Shown: positions 36,743 to 46,609, counted from the first letter of the stretch. The stretch: 64,000 nt of DNA from Candidatus Dormibacteria bacterium (GCA_044450385.1 JBIOIZ010000005.1:1382-65381); one strand, 5' to 3'. The notes: a model not told the origin generated them from the letters alone. Translations and numbers: made by a program.

Positions 36743-37399
36743 GTGGCTCATGACGTGGCGGAGGCTGAGACCGGTGCGGTCGAGAGCGCGATTTCCCCAT
36801 CGACAGACCGCCGCCCCCGCGCCGACGCGCTGCGCAACCGCGATCTCCTGATCGCCGCCGCCGCCGCCGCTTTCGCCGCCCGGGGGGCGGAAGTTCCGCT
36901 CGAGGACATCGCTCGCGACGCGGGCGTCGGGATTGGCACGCTCTACCGCCACTTTCCGACGCGGGAGTCGATCGTGGAAGCCGTTTATCGCCACGAGATC
37001 GACGTGCTCTGCGAAAGCGCCGACCAACTCCTCGAGACCATGCCGCCTGATCAGGCGCTGGCAGAATGGATGCAGCTGTTCGTCCGGCACGTCGCCACCA
37101 AGCGCGGGATGTCGTCGCTGCTGAAGCCGCTGATGAGCAGCAACGCCAGTTTCTCGGAGCAAACGCGTGGACGCGCCAGCGCGGCAGCCTCCAAGCTCCT
37201 CGAGGCAGGCGTCGCCGCCGGCACGGTTCGCGCCGATGTCGATGGGGCAGATCTGCTACGTGCCGTCGGCGGGATCTGCATGTCGACAGACCAGGAGCGT
37301 TCGGAGGCCTCGCAGCGCCTGGTGAGCCTCCTGTTTGACGGGCTTCGCCACGGGGCGGGTGCACCGTCGCCGATCCCGCCTCGAGACGTACCGGCCTAA
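36743..37399 (+). CDS. TetR/AcrR family transcriptional regulator
   Basis: HTH ALRNRDLLIAAAAAAFAARGAEVPLEDIARDAGVGIGTLYRHFPTRES. The GTG at 36743 was chosen over the track start at 36617. Confidence 0.75.
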   Translation: MAHDVAEAETGAVESAISPSTDRRPRADALRNRDLLIAAAAAAFAARGAEVPLEDIARDAGVGIGTLYRHFPTRESIVEAVYRHEIDVLCESADQLLETMPPDQALAEWMQLFVRHVATKRGMSSLLKPLMSSNASFSEQTRGRASAAASKLLEAGVAAGTVRADVDGADLLRAVGGICMSTDQERSEASQRLVSLLFDGLRHGAGAPSPIPPRDVPA

Positions 37400-37580
37400 G
37401 CCGGCTCCTTCAGGCGCGCGGTCGGGATGGCGACGCGGTCTTGGCTGGTTGTCTTGGCTGGGCTGTGCTCGTTCGATTGTTGCCGCAGTGGGGACCAACT
37501 AGCCCAGGCAGCCCAGTGGAGCCGCCGGCAACGATACGCCTGCCGGCGGCTCGAAGCTCCGTGAGAGCGCGGAATTCTGG

Positions 37581-39140
37581 TCAGGCCGCGGTGGTGAACA
37601 CCCCCGTGAAACCGGCAGACGTCCCGTTGGCATTGGTCATGACCAACTGGAAAAGGTAAGTCGTGCTCGGGCTCAACCCGTTGAGGGTTGCCGTCACGCC
37701 GACGATCCCGTCTCCAGCGCCGATCTTGGTGGGCGGCGTGACCCCGAAGAGCGGCGGTGACGTGCCGAACTGGAAGTACACCGTGGTTGCGAAACCGTTG
37801 GGCACGGCGATGCCGACCAAGGTTGCGGATGAGCTGGTCACGCCGGTCGCAAACAGCGCGCTTCCGAAGGGCGTGTTGGCGAGGAAGGTATGGACGGCAA
37901 CCGAACTGAAGCTGTTTGGCGATCCGGTGAGCGTCAGATTTGGGGTCGCCCAGATCCCGACTTGATCCGAGGAGATCTTATTGCCGGACACCACGACGTG
38001 CACCGGCATCGACGAGAACAGCATGATCCCCGTGGTCTGAAAATCGGCGGCGCTGATCGGGGTGTCGAGGATGTCGCCCTTGGTGTTGTTCGTCCCGATC
38101 GTGTTGCCGATGATCTGGTTGCCGTCCACGTACTCGCCACCGAGGTAGTGGGCGTGCAGGGTGACGCCGGCCAAGCCGTTGCCGTGCATCTCGTTGTTCT
38201 TGATGACGTTGTCATACACAGCCGTGCCAGCTGACGCTCCGGCGAGGAGGACCCCCGCCCCGCTGCCAGCCGCGTTGACCTTGAAGCCTCCGGTGCCATT
38301 GAAGTCGACCACATTACCCGCGACGGTGTTGTTGAAGACTCCACCTACGGCCGGATTCTCGCCCGTGACTGTGTAAGAGCCGTTGGGGTTCTGGACCGCT
38401 GTCGCCGCGCCGCTGTTGTGCGACGGCAGCGTGATCCCGCACTCATTGACGTTGTACGAGACGGTGTTGCCCGTGATCGAGTTGTCATGGCTCGGCCCGA
38501 AGTCGTCGACCACGAGGATGCCATCGACATTGTGCTCCACCGTGTTCCCGGAGATCACCGAATTGGCGACTGCATCAAAGAGGATGCCCCCGCCGCAGTC
38601 GCCTGGATACAGGTTCGGCGCAGTGCATCCCGTGGGCGGGACGTATCCGGTATCGTCGTGGCTCACCGTGTTGTTGAGCACCTGCACGTTGGTCACCGGG
38701 GCGAACGGGGGTGCCGCGTGACTCAGCACACCGGCGGGGAACACGGCAATGCCCTCGCCCAGCGCGCCGGTTACGGTGAAGCCCTTGACAGTGACCCCAG
38801 ACGCCACTACGACGATGCCGTTGGTCAGCCCGCTCGCGTCGATCGACGCGTGCTGGCCGCGCAGCGTCAGCGCCTTGGAGACCAAGACGTCCTCGGCGTA
38901 GGTGCCGTGGCACACGATCACGGTGTCGCTTGCAGGCGCCGCGGTCACGGCTGACTGGATCGTCGCGTACGCTGCAGTAGCGCACGACGTGTCGGCATTG
39001 CCCGAGCTGCCCGTCGGCGACACGTAGAGCGGCCCGCTCGCCAGAGCCGCTGTGCCTCCGCCCACGAAGGCCGCGGTTCCGAGCAACGCCGCCGATCCGA
39101 TAACGCCGCCCATCCTTCGAAAACTCAAACTGCCCCGCAT
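37581..39140 (-). CDS. secreted right-handed parallel beta-helix (pectin-lyase-fold/NosD-like) protein with C-terminal Ig/FN3-like domain
   Basis: Signal peptide MRGSLSFRRMGGVIGSAALLGTAAFVGGGTAALA. Repeated N.V..N beta-helix rungs (NNTVSHD, GNTVEHNVDG, GNTVSYNVN, NNTVAGNVVDFNG). GGAGG lies 7 nt upstream of the ATG at 39140. Confidence 0.65.
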   Translation of the reverse strand: MRGSLSFRRMGGVIGSAALLGTAAFVGGGTAALASGPLYVSPTGSSGNADTSCATAAYATIQSAVTAAPASDTVIVCHGTYAEDVLVSKALTLRGQHASIDASGLTNGIVVVASGVTVKGFTVTGALGEGIAVFPAGVLSHAAPPFAPVTNVQVLNNTVSHDDTGYVPPTGCTAPNLYPGDCGGGILFDAVANSVISGNTVEHNVDGILVVDDFGPSHDNSITGNTVSYNVNECGITLPSHNSGAATAVQNPNGSYTVTGENPAVGGVFNNTVAGNVVDFNGTGGFKVNAAGSGAGVLLAGASAGTAVYDNVIKNNEMHGNGLAGVTLHAHYLGGEYVDGNQIIGNTIGTNNTKGDILDTPISAADFQTTGIMLFSSMPVHVVVSGNKISSDQVGIWATPNLTLTGSPNSFSSVAVHTFLANTPFGSALFATGVTSSSATLVGIAVPNGFATTVYFQFGTSPPLFGVTPPTKIGAGDGIVGVTATLNGLSPSTTYLFQLVMTNANGTSAGFTGVFTTAA

Positions 39141-39500
39141 GCCATTCCTCCTCCGGCACCACGCTGCCGCAAACAACCAATCCCCTACCGGAATCGGAGC
39201 GCCACAGCGTCTCCAATCCCCCAGAAGCGGATCCTAGCAACCAGCGGACGGTTCTGTGGGGGCTGCACTGCATTCAGCGGGCCGAGCCATGGCTGCACAT
39301 CGCAGCCGGAGCGAGGGAACCGGCGCTGGGACGTCGCGAATGCAGCGACTCGGACTGCGCCGTGGATACGCCGCACTCAGCACGAGCCGGCCGGTTGGAG
39401 CACACCCGGCGAATCGCAGCAAACGCGTTGAGAACACACCCACACAGGGGGTCCGGTAGCACGTTCCTAACGCGATCCCGCGGCACGTATCCTTGGCGCC

Positions 39501-42500
39501 GTGGTCCGCGCCGAGGCCCCGCGGTCGGAGCGTCCGGCGAAGTCGCCGGACGCAATACGCATCCGCGTGATCGACGGCCTCTCAGTCGAAGGGTTCGCCG
39601 AACACGAGCTGGGGAGTCGCAAGGCACGCGTTGCCCTCCGCGTCCTTGGCATCGCACAGGGCCGGCCCGTGAGCATCGAGCGGCTGGCTGAGGTCCTCTG
39701 GCTCGACGACCAACCCCGCGACCCGCCCGCCCAGGTCGCGGTCATCATGAGCCGTCTTCGCCGTGTCCTCGGCGGCACGCGTATCAGCCACAGCGATCAT
39801 GGCTACGCGCTGCACGCCGATTGGGTCGATCTGGTTGCCGCATTCGAGCTCGAAGCGGAAGCCGTGCGAAGGCTGCACGAAAACGAGGCCGCGCCGGCGC
39901 TTGCCGCCGCGACCGCAGCTCGGATGTTGCTCGCACATCCGGCGCTTGATGACGAGGCCTGGCCGGTTGAGGACCGGCGCGCCGTCGAGCGCCTCTCCAC
40001 CCGAGCACGCCAGCTCGTCGCACGGGCTGCGCTTGCGGCCGGCGATCTCGGCACAGGGGTTGAGGCCGCCGAGCAAGCGCTTGACGAGGATCCGTACGAC
40101 GAGGAATCCCTCCGACTGGTGATGGCAGCGCTGGCCGCTCAGGGCAGGTCCTCATCGGCGCTCGCGATGTACGAGCGGATGCGCGAGCGGCTGGCCGACG
40201 AGCTCGGCACGTCACCCTCGGAGCTCACCAACGCAGCACAGATCGCGGTCCTCAAGGGAGTTCCGGTCCCCGGCGTCACCGTGTCGGCTCAGCGCGCCAA
40301 TCCGGGAACGGCGCGCGACGGCGCAGCTCTGCCCGGCCGCGACGACGAATTGCGCATGCTCGACGAAGCATTCCTCCGAGCCCAGAGTGGCACGCCGGTG
40401 GCAGTCGTCATCGAGGGCGAGCCCGGGATTGGCAAGACGGCCGTGGCGTCTGCCTGGATCGACCGGCTCAGGCCCGAGACCGTGGTGCTCACGGCGCGGT
40501 GTGATCAGCTGAGCAGAGCGCTGCCACTCCAGCCGGTGCTGCACATGATCCGTAATCACCTGCGCAGAGTCGGTGCGGACATCGGTCGCGAGCTGCTTGG
40601 CAGCGATGCAACGCTGCTCGAGCCGATGCTCGATTGGACGTCGGCGGACACCGAGCCCGCCGTGGACATCACCCAGGCGCAGGCATCGTCGCCGGCGGGT
40701 CTTGCCGTGGTGTTCGCAGCACTGCGCCGCCTGCTCCGACGAGCCTGCTCATCGCCGGCTGTGCTCTTTGTCGACGATGCTCAGCGCGCCGACGCGCTGT
40801 CCTGGGCGTGGATCACCGACCTGGTCACCAGTCCGGATCTGCCGGTGCTGCTGATGCTCACCCGCCGCACAGATGAAGGGGACGTGCTGCCCCAGGCGAC
40901 ACGTCTGGTGCTCTCGCCGCTGTCGCTTGATGCGGCGCGGCAGATCGTCGGAGAAGCGCGGGCCGCTCGCCTGCATGAACGCAGCGGCGGCAACGCACTC
41001 TTTCTCACTCAGCTGGCGTCGAGCGACGACAGCGCCGCCCCACCGGAATCGATTCAGGCCGCGGTGCTTGAGCGTTGCGCGGAAGCCGGCGCGGCGACGA
41101 GGACATTGACCAGCGCGGCGATTCTCGGCACATCCATCGACATCGATGTCCTCGCGGACGTGCTCAGAACCGACCCGATTGGCCTGCTCGAAGACCTCGA
41201 CGTCGGCGTGCGTCTCGGGCTGCTCGAAGCCCGCGATGGCGCGTACGGGTTCCGTCACGCCATCGTGCGCGAGGTGCTCGACGCATCCACAGCATCGCCG
41301 CGACGTGCCCTCCTTCACCGTGAAGCCGCCCGCGTGCTGTCGGGACTGCCGGGGTCGGATCCGCTGCTGGTCGCGCACCATGCAAGGCTCAGTGGTGCGA
41401 GGTCAATCGCGTCGTCTGCGCTGACCGCCGCGAGCCGCATCGCCGCCGATCGATTCGACAACGCAACCGCGCTCGGTCTCGCCACCGAGGCCATCGAGGC
41501 TGACGACACCGCCGATGCACGCATCCAGCGCGCGGTCGTGCAACTCCGGCTCACCCGCTTCGAGGCAGCCCAGGCGGACGCAGAGCGTGCTGTCGAGATA
41601 TCCAGTGACGCGCGTGCGCTCGAGGTGGCAGGTTCCGCCGCCTACTACTGCAGGGATTTCGAGCGCGCCGCCGCACTCGGTGAGGCGCTCGTTCAGCAGT
41701 CGAGCGAAACGGGTCAGCGCGTGCAGGGACAGGTCATCCGCGCCCGCGCGCTCCACGCGATCGGCGACGTCGCAGCTGCGAACGACCTCATGGATCGAGC
41801 AATGGCCGAGTGCCGCAAGCATCGGCTGCGCCCACCGACATCGGTGTATGCATTTCTCAAGGTGCACATGGGCGAGGCGGACGTCGCGATCAACGCGATC
41901 GAGTCAAGCCCCTATGCCGCGGTCGATGCCGTGTCCACGATCTACACGCCGGTGCACGCCTATCTCGCGCACGGCTATGCGCTGGGGACGTGCGGTCGCG
42001 CGAGCGAGAGCCTTGCCGTCCTCGAGCGAGCAGTTGCGGAGAGCCGCCGCCGGGGCCTGACCCGCTACGCAGCGCTGGGTGTGAACCTCGGTGCATGGGT
42101 GCACCGCAACATCGGGGATCTCGCCCGCGCGCGTGCGGGCAACCAGGAGGCACTCGAGGGCGCCCGCGATTCCGCGTATCCCGATCTCGAGGTGTACGCG
42201 GTCCTCGATCCCTGCGACGACGCGATCGCCGAGGGTGAGGCCGTCATCGCGAGCACGGCCATCGACGCGGCCCGCGACCTCATGCGAGACATCTACGCAT
42301 ACCGCTGGCGCCACGAGTTGCGGGTCGACCTCCTGGAAGGACGGATCGCGCTGCTGCGTGGCGACCCCGAGAGCGCGCTCACTCGTGCCGATCGGCTCAT
42401 CGCTTCCGCAACCGACCGATACGCGCCTCGCTACGCGCAGCTGGGCGAGGTGCTTCGGCTCCAGGCCCGGGCGGCGATGGGCGCTGAGCCGCCTACCACA

Positions 42501-42728
42501 GATGCGCTTGCCGAGTTGAGCTCGTCGCTGTCCGCGGTTGCCGGAGTCGAAGCATGGTGGGTGATAGCGGAACTCGGCGCCGCGCTGTCGTCCGAAACAT
42601 GCTGGGCGCTGGCCGCGGCGCATCGCGACCGGCTCGCCGACCACCTCGACGCATCCGCGCGCGCGCTGTTCTTTGACTACGCGCGGACGCGACTCGAGAG
42701 CACCAGGACCCGAGGTCGCACCGGCTGA
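39501..42728 (+). CDS. AfsR-like SARP-family regulator (N-terminal wHTH+BTAD, NB-ARC/AAA ATPase, C-terminal TPR)
   Basis: OmpR-type wHTH and BTAD in aa 10-250. Walker A VVIEGEPGIGKTAV. TPR-like helical repeats in the C-terminal half. 1075 aa, GTG start. Confidence 0.8.
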   Translation: MVRAEAPRSERPAKSPDAIRIRVIDGLSVEGFAEHELGSRKARVALRVLGIAQGRPVSIERLAEVLWLDDQPRDPPAQVAVIMSRLRRVLGGTRISHSDHGYALHADWVDLVAAFELEAEAVRRLHENEAAPALAAATAARMLLAHPALDDEAWPVEDRRAVERLSTRARQLVARAALAAGDLGTGVEAAEQALDEDPYDEESLRLVMAALAAQGRSSSALAMYERMRERLADELGTSPSELTNAAQIAVLKGVPVPGVTVSAQRANPGTARDGAALPGRDDELRMLDEAFLRAQSGTPVAVVIEGEPGIGKTAVASAWIDRLRPETVVLTARCDQLSRALPLQPVLHMIRNHLRRVGADIGRELLGSDATLLEPMLDWTSADTEPAVDITQAQASSPAGLAVVFAALRRLLRRACSSPAVLFVDDAQRADALSWAWITDLVTSPDLPVLLMLTRRTDEGDVLPQATRLVLSPLSLDAARQIVGEARAARLHERSGGNALFLTQLASSDDSAAPPESIQAAVLERCAEAGAATRTLTSAAILGTSIDIDVLADVLRTDPIGLLEDLDVGVRLGLLEARDGAYGFRHAIVREVLDASTASPRRALLHREAARVLSGLPGSDPLLVAHHARLSGARSIASSALTAASRIAADRFDNATALGLATEAIEADDTADARIQRAVVQLRLTRFEAAQADAERAVEISSDARALEVAGSAAYYCRDFERAAALGEALVQQSSETGQRVQGQVIRARALHAIGDVAAANDLMDRAMAECRKHRLRPPTSVYAFLKVHMGEADVAINAIESSPYAAVDAVSTIYTPVHAYLAHGYALGTCGRASESLAVLERAVAESRRRGLTRYAALGVNLGAWVHRNIGDLARARAGNQEALEGARDSAYPDLEVYAVLDPCDDAIAEGEAVIASTAIDAARDLMRDIYAYRWRHELRVDLLEGRIALLRGDPESALTRADRLIASATDRYAPRYAQLGEVLRLQARAAMGAEPPTTDALAELSSSLSAVAGVEAWWVIAELGAALSSETCWALAAAHRDRLADHLDASARALFFDYARTRLESTRTRGRTG

Positions 42729-43501
42729 CCGCGCTCGCGGACCGCGGCCACGGCGCGCCTGAAGAACTCGTCGCGCTGTGAGCCGGGAAGCGATGCAACG
42801 AACGGCGCAAGATGCGCAAGTCCAATCCGATACGCGGCGATCGACTCGGGGGTATCGAGTCCGGAATCGACGACCAGGTCCGCGACGTCGATGTCCTCGA
42901 GGCCGGCGGCTCCGGCGCACGCTCCCAGCAGCGCGGGCGTGTTCGATCGGGGTTCGGTGCCTCTCTTGAGCTGCACGTACCAGGCGGGCGGATCGAATCC
43001 GAAACCCCGAGCGACCTCATCGACGGCGTCCTTCGATGCAGCGGGGGCCGCCTCCCCGAACACCGAGGCGATCACCTGACCGTGGGGTCGAACAACGCGG
43101 GACATCTCCGCCAGAGCACGCTCGGGAACGTCGACGTGCGAGATTGCGAACCCGCTGACTGCAGCGTCGAATCCGCCGTCACGAAAGGGCAGCGCGCACA
43201 TGTCGCCGACGACCGAGCCCAGGGCTGCGTCGCCGATCAGGCGGAGCATGTCTCCGGACATGTCGACGGCGATCGGGACCGCTCCTGCCGTCTTCAGCGC
43301 ACGGCACAGCGCACCGGTACCGGCGCCGACGTCGAGCACGCTCGCACCACGCAGACTGTTTGCGGCGCTCGTAAGGGCGACCGACGCGAGCTTGTCGTAC
43401 ATCGCGGCCGGACCAGCGGCCCATGCGGCAGCAACCCCTCGGTACGCGTTCCTGGGTTCGGTGGTCAGGGATTCCACGCCGCGAGGCGCTCGCTCCACCA
43501 T
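42677..43501 (-). CDS. class I SAM-dependent methyltransferase
   Basis: VLDVGAGTGA (motif I) and VRPHGQVIASVF (post-II). The start is at M113 of the track ORF (43501) or at 43402. About 50-nt convergent overlap with the SARP gene. Confidence 0.7.
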   Translation of the reverse strand: MVERAPRGVESLTTEPRNAYRGVAAAWAAGPAAMYDKLASVALTSAANSLRGASVLDVGAGTGALCRALKTAGAVPIAVDMSGDMLRLIGDAALGSVVGDMCALPFRDGGFDAAVSGFAISHVDVPERALAEMSRVVRPHGQVIASVFGEAAPAASKDAVDEVARGFGFDPPAWYVQLKRGTEPRSNTPALLGACAGAAGLEDIDVADLVVDSGLDTPESIAAYRIGLAHLAPFVASLPGSQRDEFFRRAVAAVRERGQPVRPRVLVLSSRVRA

Positions 43502-44472
43502 CCGAACTCGGTCGCGTCGCCGGTCTTGGCCCAGGCCAGCTGCAGGAATGCTCCGGCCAGCGCTGGTGCGAGCTGGTCGGCCCACCACGACGCGGTGGAG
43601 ATGCCTGAGGACTCGAGCGACGTCCGATACGCGTTGATGGTGTCCTCTTTCGGCTCGGGGAGCCGGTCGCAGTTGACCGCCAGGTACCAGGCGAGATCGA
43701 CGAGCGGCGGCGCCTCGCCGATTCGATCCCAGTCGAGCAGGATGGTCCGGGATCCCTCGCGTCCGAGGTTGCCGAGCTTCCAGTCGCTGTGGATGAATGT
43801 CTGTGGTCCAGCCTGCAAAGCATCGACCAGTGGCCACGGGTCAGCGGCGAGCTTCCGCAGCCGGCGCGCGTCCGCTGGATACTGCTCGTCGAGACGTCGC
43901 CATCCGTCTGCGACCGCGTGAGGTACTGAGTCACCGCGAGGCGTCGCCATCTCAAGCTCGGCCATCGTCGGCGTCAGGAAGACGTAGCGATGCGACAGCG
44001 GACACAAGCCCGCGTCATCGTGGAATCCCCAGTATGCCGCGTGCATCGCGGCCATGTCCTGGATGAAGCCGCGGTGCTGGTGCATCGTGATGTGCTCGCT
44101 GCCGGCAGGAACGAGCGAATCGGAGACGTCGCGCATCAACAGCGCCGCGCCACGATGTCCGCCGTCGTCGGTGTAGGGAGCGCAACCGACAATCGTGTGG
44201 TCGATGGCGGCGGGGAGCGTGTCGAGCACGCCGGACGTGAGCAAGGTCAGCTGGCGCGAGTTGAGATCGCCGGTCGCGCGCATGATCCAGTCGTTGTCGA
44301 GGGAGCTGTACTTCACGATCAGTGGAACCCCGTCGATGACCACCCGCTCGAAGTGGCTGCCCGACAGGGAGTCCGTGGTCTTCCAGGATTCCCGCTGTTC
44401 GGCGCCCTCGAGCAGGCGGTCGATGGAATCCGAGAGCGGAATCGTGCGGCTGGGTGATGTCATCGCGGTCAT
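43465..44472 (-). CDS. aminoglycoside-phosphotransferase (APH)/choline-kinase-like phosphotransferase family protein
   Basis: HSDWKLGNLG is the Brenner catalytic loop (HxDxxxxN). DWDRIGEAPPLVDLAWYL is the activation/D motif. The ATG at 44472 overlaps the upstream stop (ATGA). Confidence 0.7.
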   Translation of the reverse strand: MTAMTSPSRTIPLSDSIDRLLEGAEQRESWKTTDSLSGSHFERVVIDGVPLIVKYSSLDNDWIMRATGDLNSRQLTLLTSGVLDTLPAAIDHTIVGCAPYTDDGGHRGAALLMRDVSDSLVPAGSEHITMHQHRGFIQDMAAMHAAYWGFHDDAGLCPLSHRYVFLTPTMAELEMATPRGDSVPHAVADGWRRLDEQYPADARRLRKLAADPWPLVDALQAGPQTFIHSDWKLGNLGREGSRTILLDWDRIGEAPPLVDLAWYLAVNCDRLPEPKEDTINAYRTSLESSGISTASWWADQLAPALAGAFLQLAWAKTGDATEFGWWSERLAAWNP

Positions 44473-44852
44473 GGTCGCGCGGCTTCGGCCATCTCGGCCT
44501 GGAGCGCGGCGCCCCACCTGCCCCCGCACCAGGCCCGGTCGCGGGTGATCAGACCGTCCTTGACCTCGATGTGGTGCGCCTGGTGACACATGTGGGGTTC
44601 ACCGTCCTCCTCCCAGGTGAGCACGAATTCAACGAGCTCGCCATCGGGGAGTGCCGTCCTCTGGATGTCCTCGAAGCGTCCGGGATCGGCAAACCAGCGT
44701 CCCAGCTCAGCCTCGACACTCGCGGCTCCCTCCACGGTGAAACGCCAGTTGGGGACTGTGGCGTCGAGCACGGCGTTCGGCGCGAAGACGCCGGCTTCGC
44801 CGATCGAGGCGGTCTCGATCGCCTGCGTGAACCTGTCAATCGGATTGGGCAT
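44469..44852 (-). CDS. NTF2-like/SnoaL-like small protein
   Basis: 127 aa. AGGAG lies 8 nt upstream of the ATG at 44852. The ORF-track N-terminal 180 aa are low-complexity and antisense to nothing recognisable, so they were rejected. Confidence 0.5.
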   Translation of the reverse strand: MPNPIDRFTQAIETASIGEAGVFAPNAVLDATVPNWRFTVEGAASVEAELGRWFADPGRFEDIQRTALPDGELVEFVLTWEEDGEPHMCHQAHHIEVKDGLITRDRAWCGGRWGAALQAEMAEAARP

Positions 44853-45036
44853 CTCTGCGCTCCTGATGTTGTACGACTTTGGGCATCGTGGAACCAGGTG
44901 ATTGCAGTCCGATTGCGGCTTCTGGACACCGCCGCCTGCGAGCCAGGATGACGCCGTGAGAGCAGGCGACCCTGAACGTGGACCGGTGCTCCAGCTGGAG
45001 GCGTTGCCGATTCCGCGCAACGTCGGCGCCGTGGCG

Positions 45037-45471
45037 ATGAAGGACCCGGTGATCATCTGCGACACGAACTCCGACGGGAGTGGTTCCCCGCGCCGGCCGG
45101 GCTCCTTGTCGGAAAATCGTGAGGTGGCATACGACACGGATCTGGCCGATCGCATCCGCGAGCTGGTTCGCGGCGAGGCAGGATTGTCCGAGAAGGGAAT
45201 GTTCGGCGGCCTGGCCTTCCTGGTCATGGGCAATATGGCCATCAGCGCGAGTGGCCAGGGTGGAGTCCTGGTGCGAGTCGATCCGGCGAGAACCGCCGAA
45301 CTGGCCGCCCGGCCGCACGCCGAGGTGGCGGTGATGCGGGGACGCGCGATGGAAGGGTGGTTGCGCGTCGAGCCCGACGGAGTGCGAACCAAGCCGGAGC
45401 TGCAACGATGGGTGAACGAGGGCGTCGCCTATGCGCGATCCCTCCCGGGGAAGCAGCCCGCGTCCCGATGA
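45037..45471 (+). CDS. TfoX/Sxy N-terminal-domain-like protein
   Basis: DLADRIRELVRGEAGLSEKGMFGGLAFLVMGNMAISASGQGGVLVRVDP matches the TfoX_N fold signature. Start uncertain. Confidence 0.45.
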   Translation: MKDPVIICDTNSDGSGSPRRPGSLSENREVAYDTDLADRIRELVRGEAGLSEKGMFGGLAFLVMGNMAISASGQGGVLVRVDPARTAELAARPHAEVAVMRGRAMEGWLRVEPDGVRTKPELQRWVNEGVAYARSLPGKQPASR

Positions 45472-45890
45472 CTCGGGCAGTCGAGGAAACCAACCGGCGG
45501 CTGCTGCGCGCCCGCGACGCCATGGACCTCACCTACGGCCGCTCGCTCGACATCCCAACGCTTGCGCGCGTTGCGTGCGTGTCCGAAGCCCACTTCATCC
45601 GCGAATTTCGCGCGACGTTCGGCGAGACTCCGCATCGCTATCTCCAGCGCCGCCGCGTCGAACGGGCGCTCTTCCTGTTGCGCTGCACGGATCGAAGCAT
45701 CACTGACATCTGCTTCGACGTCGGTTTCGCAAGCCTCGGAACCTTCAGCAAGACGTTTCACCTCATCGTCGGTGAGTCGCCGTCGACATATCGCCGCCGG
45801 GGCGAGGTCGTCACAGTGCCGACGTGCTTCGCCATGGCGTGGACGAGACCGAGCAGTTTTGGAGAAGACGTCCGCCGGATGACCGGATAG
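45468..45890 (+). CDS. AraC-family HTH-only transcriptional regulator (no sensor domain)
   Basis: 140 aa with two HTH units (LARVACVSEAHFIREFRATFGETPHRYLQRRRVERA; ITDICFDVGFASLGTFSKTFHLIVGESPSTYRRR). ATGA overlap with the TfoX-N-like gene. Confidence 0.65.
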   Translation: MTRAVEETNRRLLRARDAMDLTYGRSLDIPTLARVACVSEAHFIREFRATFGETPHRYLQRRRVERALFLLRCTDRSITDICFDVGFASLGTFSKTFHLIVGESPSTYRRRGEVVTVPTCFAMAWTRPSSFGEDVRRMTG

Positions 45891-45935
45891 CGTTGGGGCA
45901 ACATCAACCGCGACAACGCAAGGGGAACCACAGAC

Positions 45936-46358
45936 ATGCTCAGCAGTCTTCGCATCTCGCAGATTTACGTTCTCGACCAGGACCAGGCCGTCGACTTCTA
46001 CGTCGGTACGCTGGGCCTGGAAATCAACACCGATCAGGATCTCGGTTTCATGCGATTCCTCACGGTCAACGTGCCGGGCGAGCCTGACCACCAGATCCTG
46101 CTGGAGAAGCCCGGACCCCCGGCGATGGATCCGGCGACGGCAGACGAGGTTCGGTCACTCCTCACCAGGGGTCGGACCGGTGGTCATCTCTTCTTCACCA
46201 CAACCGACGCCCGCAAGGCGTACGAGGACCTCCGTGCCAAGGGCGGTGTCGAATTCACCCAGGAGCCGACGGAACAGCCATATGGCATCGATTTCGGCCT
46301 GCGTGATCCGTTCGGCAATCACATCCGCGTCGCCCAGATGGCTCCCGCTGCCTCATGA
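45936..46358 (+). CDS. VOC (glyoxalase/bleomycin-resistance) family protein
   Basis: 140 aa. IYVLDQDQAVDFYVGTLGLEI...GLRDPFGNHIRVAQ. Confidence 0.7.
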   Translation: MLSSLRISQIYVLDQDQAVDFYVGTLGLEINTDQDLGFMRFLTVNVPGEPDHQILLEKPGPPAMDPATADEVRSLLTRGRTGGHLFFTTTDARKAYEDLRAKGGVEFTQEPTEQPYGIDFGLRDPFGNHIRVAQMAPAAS

Positions 46359-46609
46359 AATTCCAGGCGACGATCCGGATCTCCGGCAAGACTGCTACCG
46401 GCATTGAGGTGCCGGTAGCAGTCTTGGAGGGACTCGGAGGCGGGAAGCGTCCCGCCGTCACGGTCAACCTCAACGGCTACGAATACCGGAGCACCGTGGC
46501 GCCGATGGGTGGGGTGTTCATGCTCCCGATCGAGCAGGCAAAGACACCCGAGACGCGTCGGCGGCGCGTCGAGAAAGCCATCAGCGACCTGCGCGAGGGA
46601 AGGGTCTAG
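46355..46609 (+). CDS. DUF1905-like small protein
   Basis: 84 aa. ATGA overlap with the VOC gene. KFQATIRISGKTATGIEVP pattern. Confidence 0.5.
   Translation: MKFQATIRISGKTATGIEVPVAVLEGLGGGKRPAVTVNLNGYEYRSTVAPMGGVFMLPIEQAKTPETRRRRVEKAISDLREGRV

Noticed and set aside
39250-39270. GCATTCAG 8-mer resembling half of the 18-bp operator motif, upstream of the SARP gene
   Set aside because: Only 8 bp are shared and the flanks do not align. Probably chance.
41904-43921. ORFs 41904..42920(-) and 42812..43921(+)
   Set aside because: Antisense to the SARP gene and to the MTase/APH genes respectively.
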